From Heterodontus francisci (Eukaryota): a stretch of 64,000 bases of DNA. The stretch is from NCBI RefSeq assembly GCF_036365525.1, contig NC_090374.1, forward strand, positions 14,921,168 through 14,985,167, written 5' to 3'. Below, piece by piece: positions 63,419-64,000 of the stretch. Position 1 is the stretch's first letter. Each line of letters starts with the position of its first letter. Under the pieces are notes generated by a model, which was not told where the DNA came from, did not search any database, and was given only the letters and a program-made list of their open reading frames with translations. The translations under genes and the position numbers were made by a program.

Positions 63419-63598
63419 TCACAGTGACGTTTCCTGCAGGATCTCTGCCACATGATCCTCTTTCCCAATTTCCACCTCCTTGGACGGCTCAGCTCTGAAC
63501 ACCTGCTTCTCCTCACTCCCTGGAGTGACGCCTTTGCTTATCACCCCATTGGACTCTTTGTACGGCACAAGAGAATCCTGCAAGCTGGGTTCATTTCT
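63419..63598 (-). CDS. SLC5A6: Sodium-dependent multivitamin transporter, last coding exon
   Basis: Minus-strand acceptor ctgatttctgttcttttccccgcccctttcttgccaatacag|, phase 0, encoding RNEPSLQDSLVPYKESNGVISKG...AEILQETSL*. The ILQETSL PDZ-binding end and P.K..NGV match the human SMVT C-terminus as recalled. Confidence 0.78.
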   Translation of the reverse strand, partial: RNEPSLQDSLVPYKESNGVISKGVTPGSEEKQVFRAEPSKEVEIGKEDHVAEILQETSL

Positions 63599-64000
63599 CT
63601 GTATTGGCAAGAAAGGGGCGGGGAAAAGAACAGAAATCAGACAAACTGGTTTCACAACCAATTGACATTTAAATCAAACATTAGCATACAATTGGGGAAT
63701 GCCTCAAGATTTTTAAAACTCATTCATGGGATTTGGGCGTCGCTGGCTAGGCCAGCATTTACTGCCCATCCCTAATTGCCCTTGAACCACTACAGTCCAT
63801 TTGGACTTCGTAGCAGTTAGATACAACTGAGTGGCTTGCTAGGCCATTTCAGAGGGCATGTAAGAGTCAACCACATTGCTGTGGGTCTGGAGTCCCATGT
63901 AGGCCAGACCAGGTAAGGACAGCAGATTTCCTTCCCTAAAGGACATTAGTGAACCAGATGGGTTTTTACAACAATCGACAATGGTTTCATGGCCATCATT

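Noticed and set aside
63419-63598. Alternative identity as a PMCA (ATP2B) or SLC4A7 C-terminus because of ETSL*
   Set aside because: The longer ILQETSL end and the upstream NGV motif fit SLC5A6 better as recalled, and no PMCA-like context is present.

Overview
Vertebrate genomic DNA, almost certainly from a shark or other cartilaginous fish: it carries HE1-type V-SINEs, SacSINE1-type DeuSINEs, and CR1, RTE, Penelope and Gmr1-like elements. Most of the window is nested transposon debris. Two host genes are visible. (1) On the + strand is a spliced Siglec-15-like immunoreceptor with exons at 19939-20322 (V-set with the sialic-acid-binding Arg), 21626-21976 (a second V-set lacking that Arg), 34141-34240 (TM helix with an embedded Lys) and 37332-37347 (tail ending KEQD*). 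This gives an unusual V-V-TM(Lys)-short-tail architecture predicted to couple to DAP12. Its leader exon was not found in the window. Downstream lies what looks like an internally deleted paralog: ISRE/TATA promoter and leader exon at about 42.0-42.16 kb, joined to 3'UTR homology at 42.36-44.78 kb. (2) On the - strand is the terminal coding exon of SLC5A6 (SMVT, ...ILQETSL*) at 63419-63598. Other notable structures are a Gmr1-like LTR element nested in the gag of another, a 2.1-kb foldback element of inverted 40-bp minisatellite arms with a CTCF-like site, a 71-nt near-perfect hairpin in the receptor 3'UTR, and Penelope-derived hammerhead ribozyme motifs. Comparisons to human proteins and repeat consensi are from memory, not database searches, and repeat boundaries are approximate unless TSDs are given.
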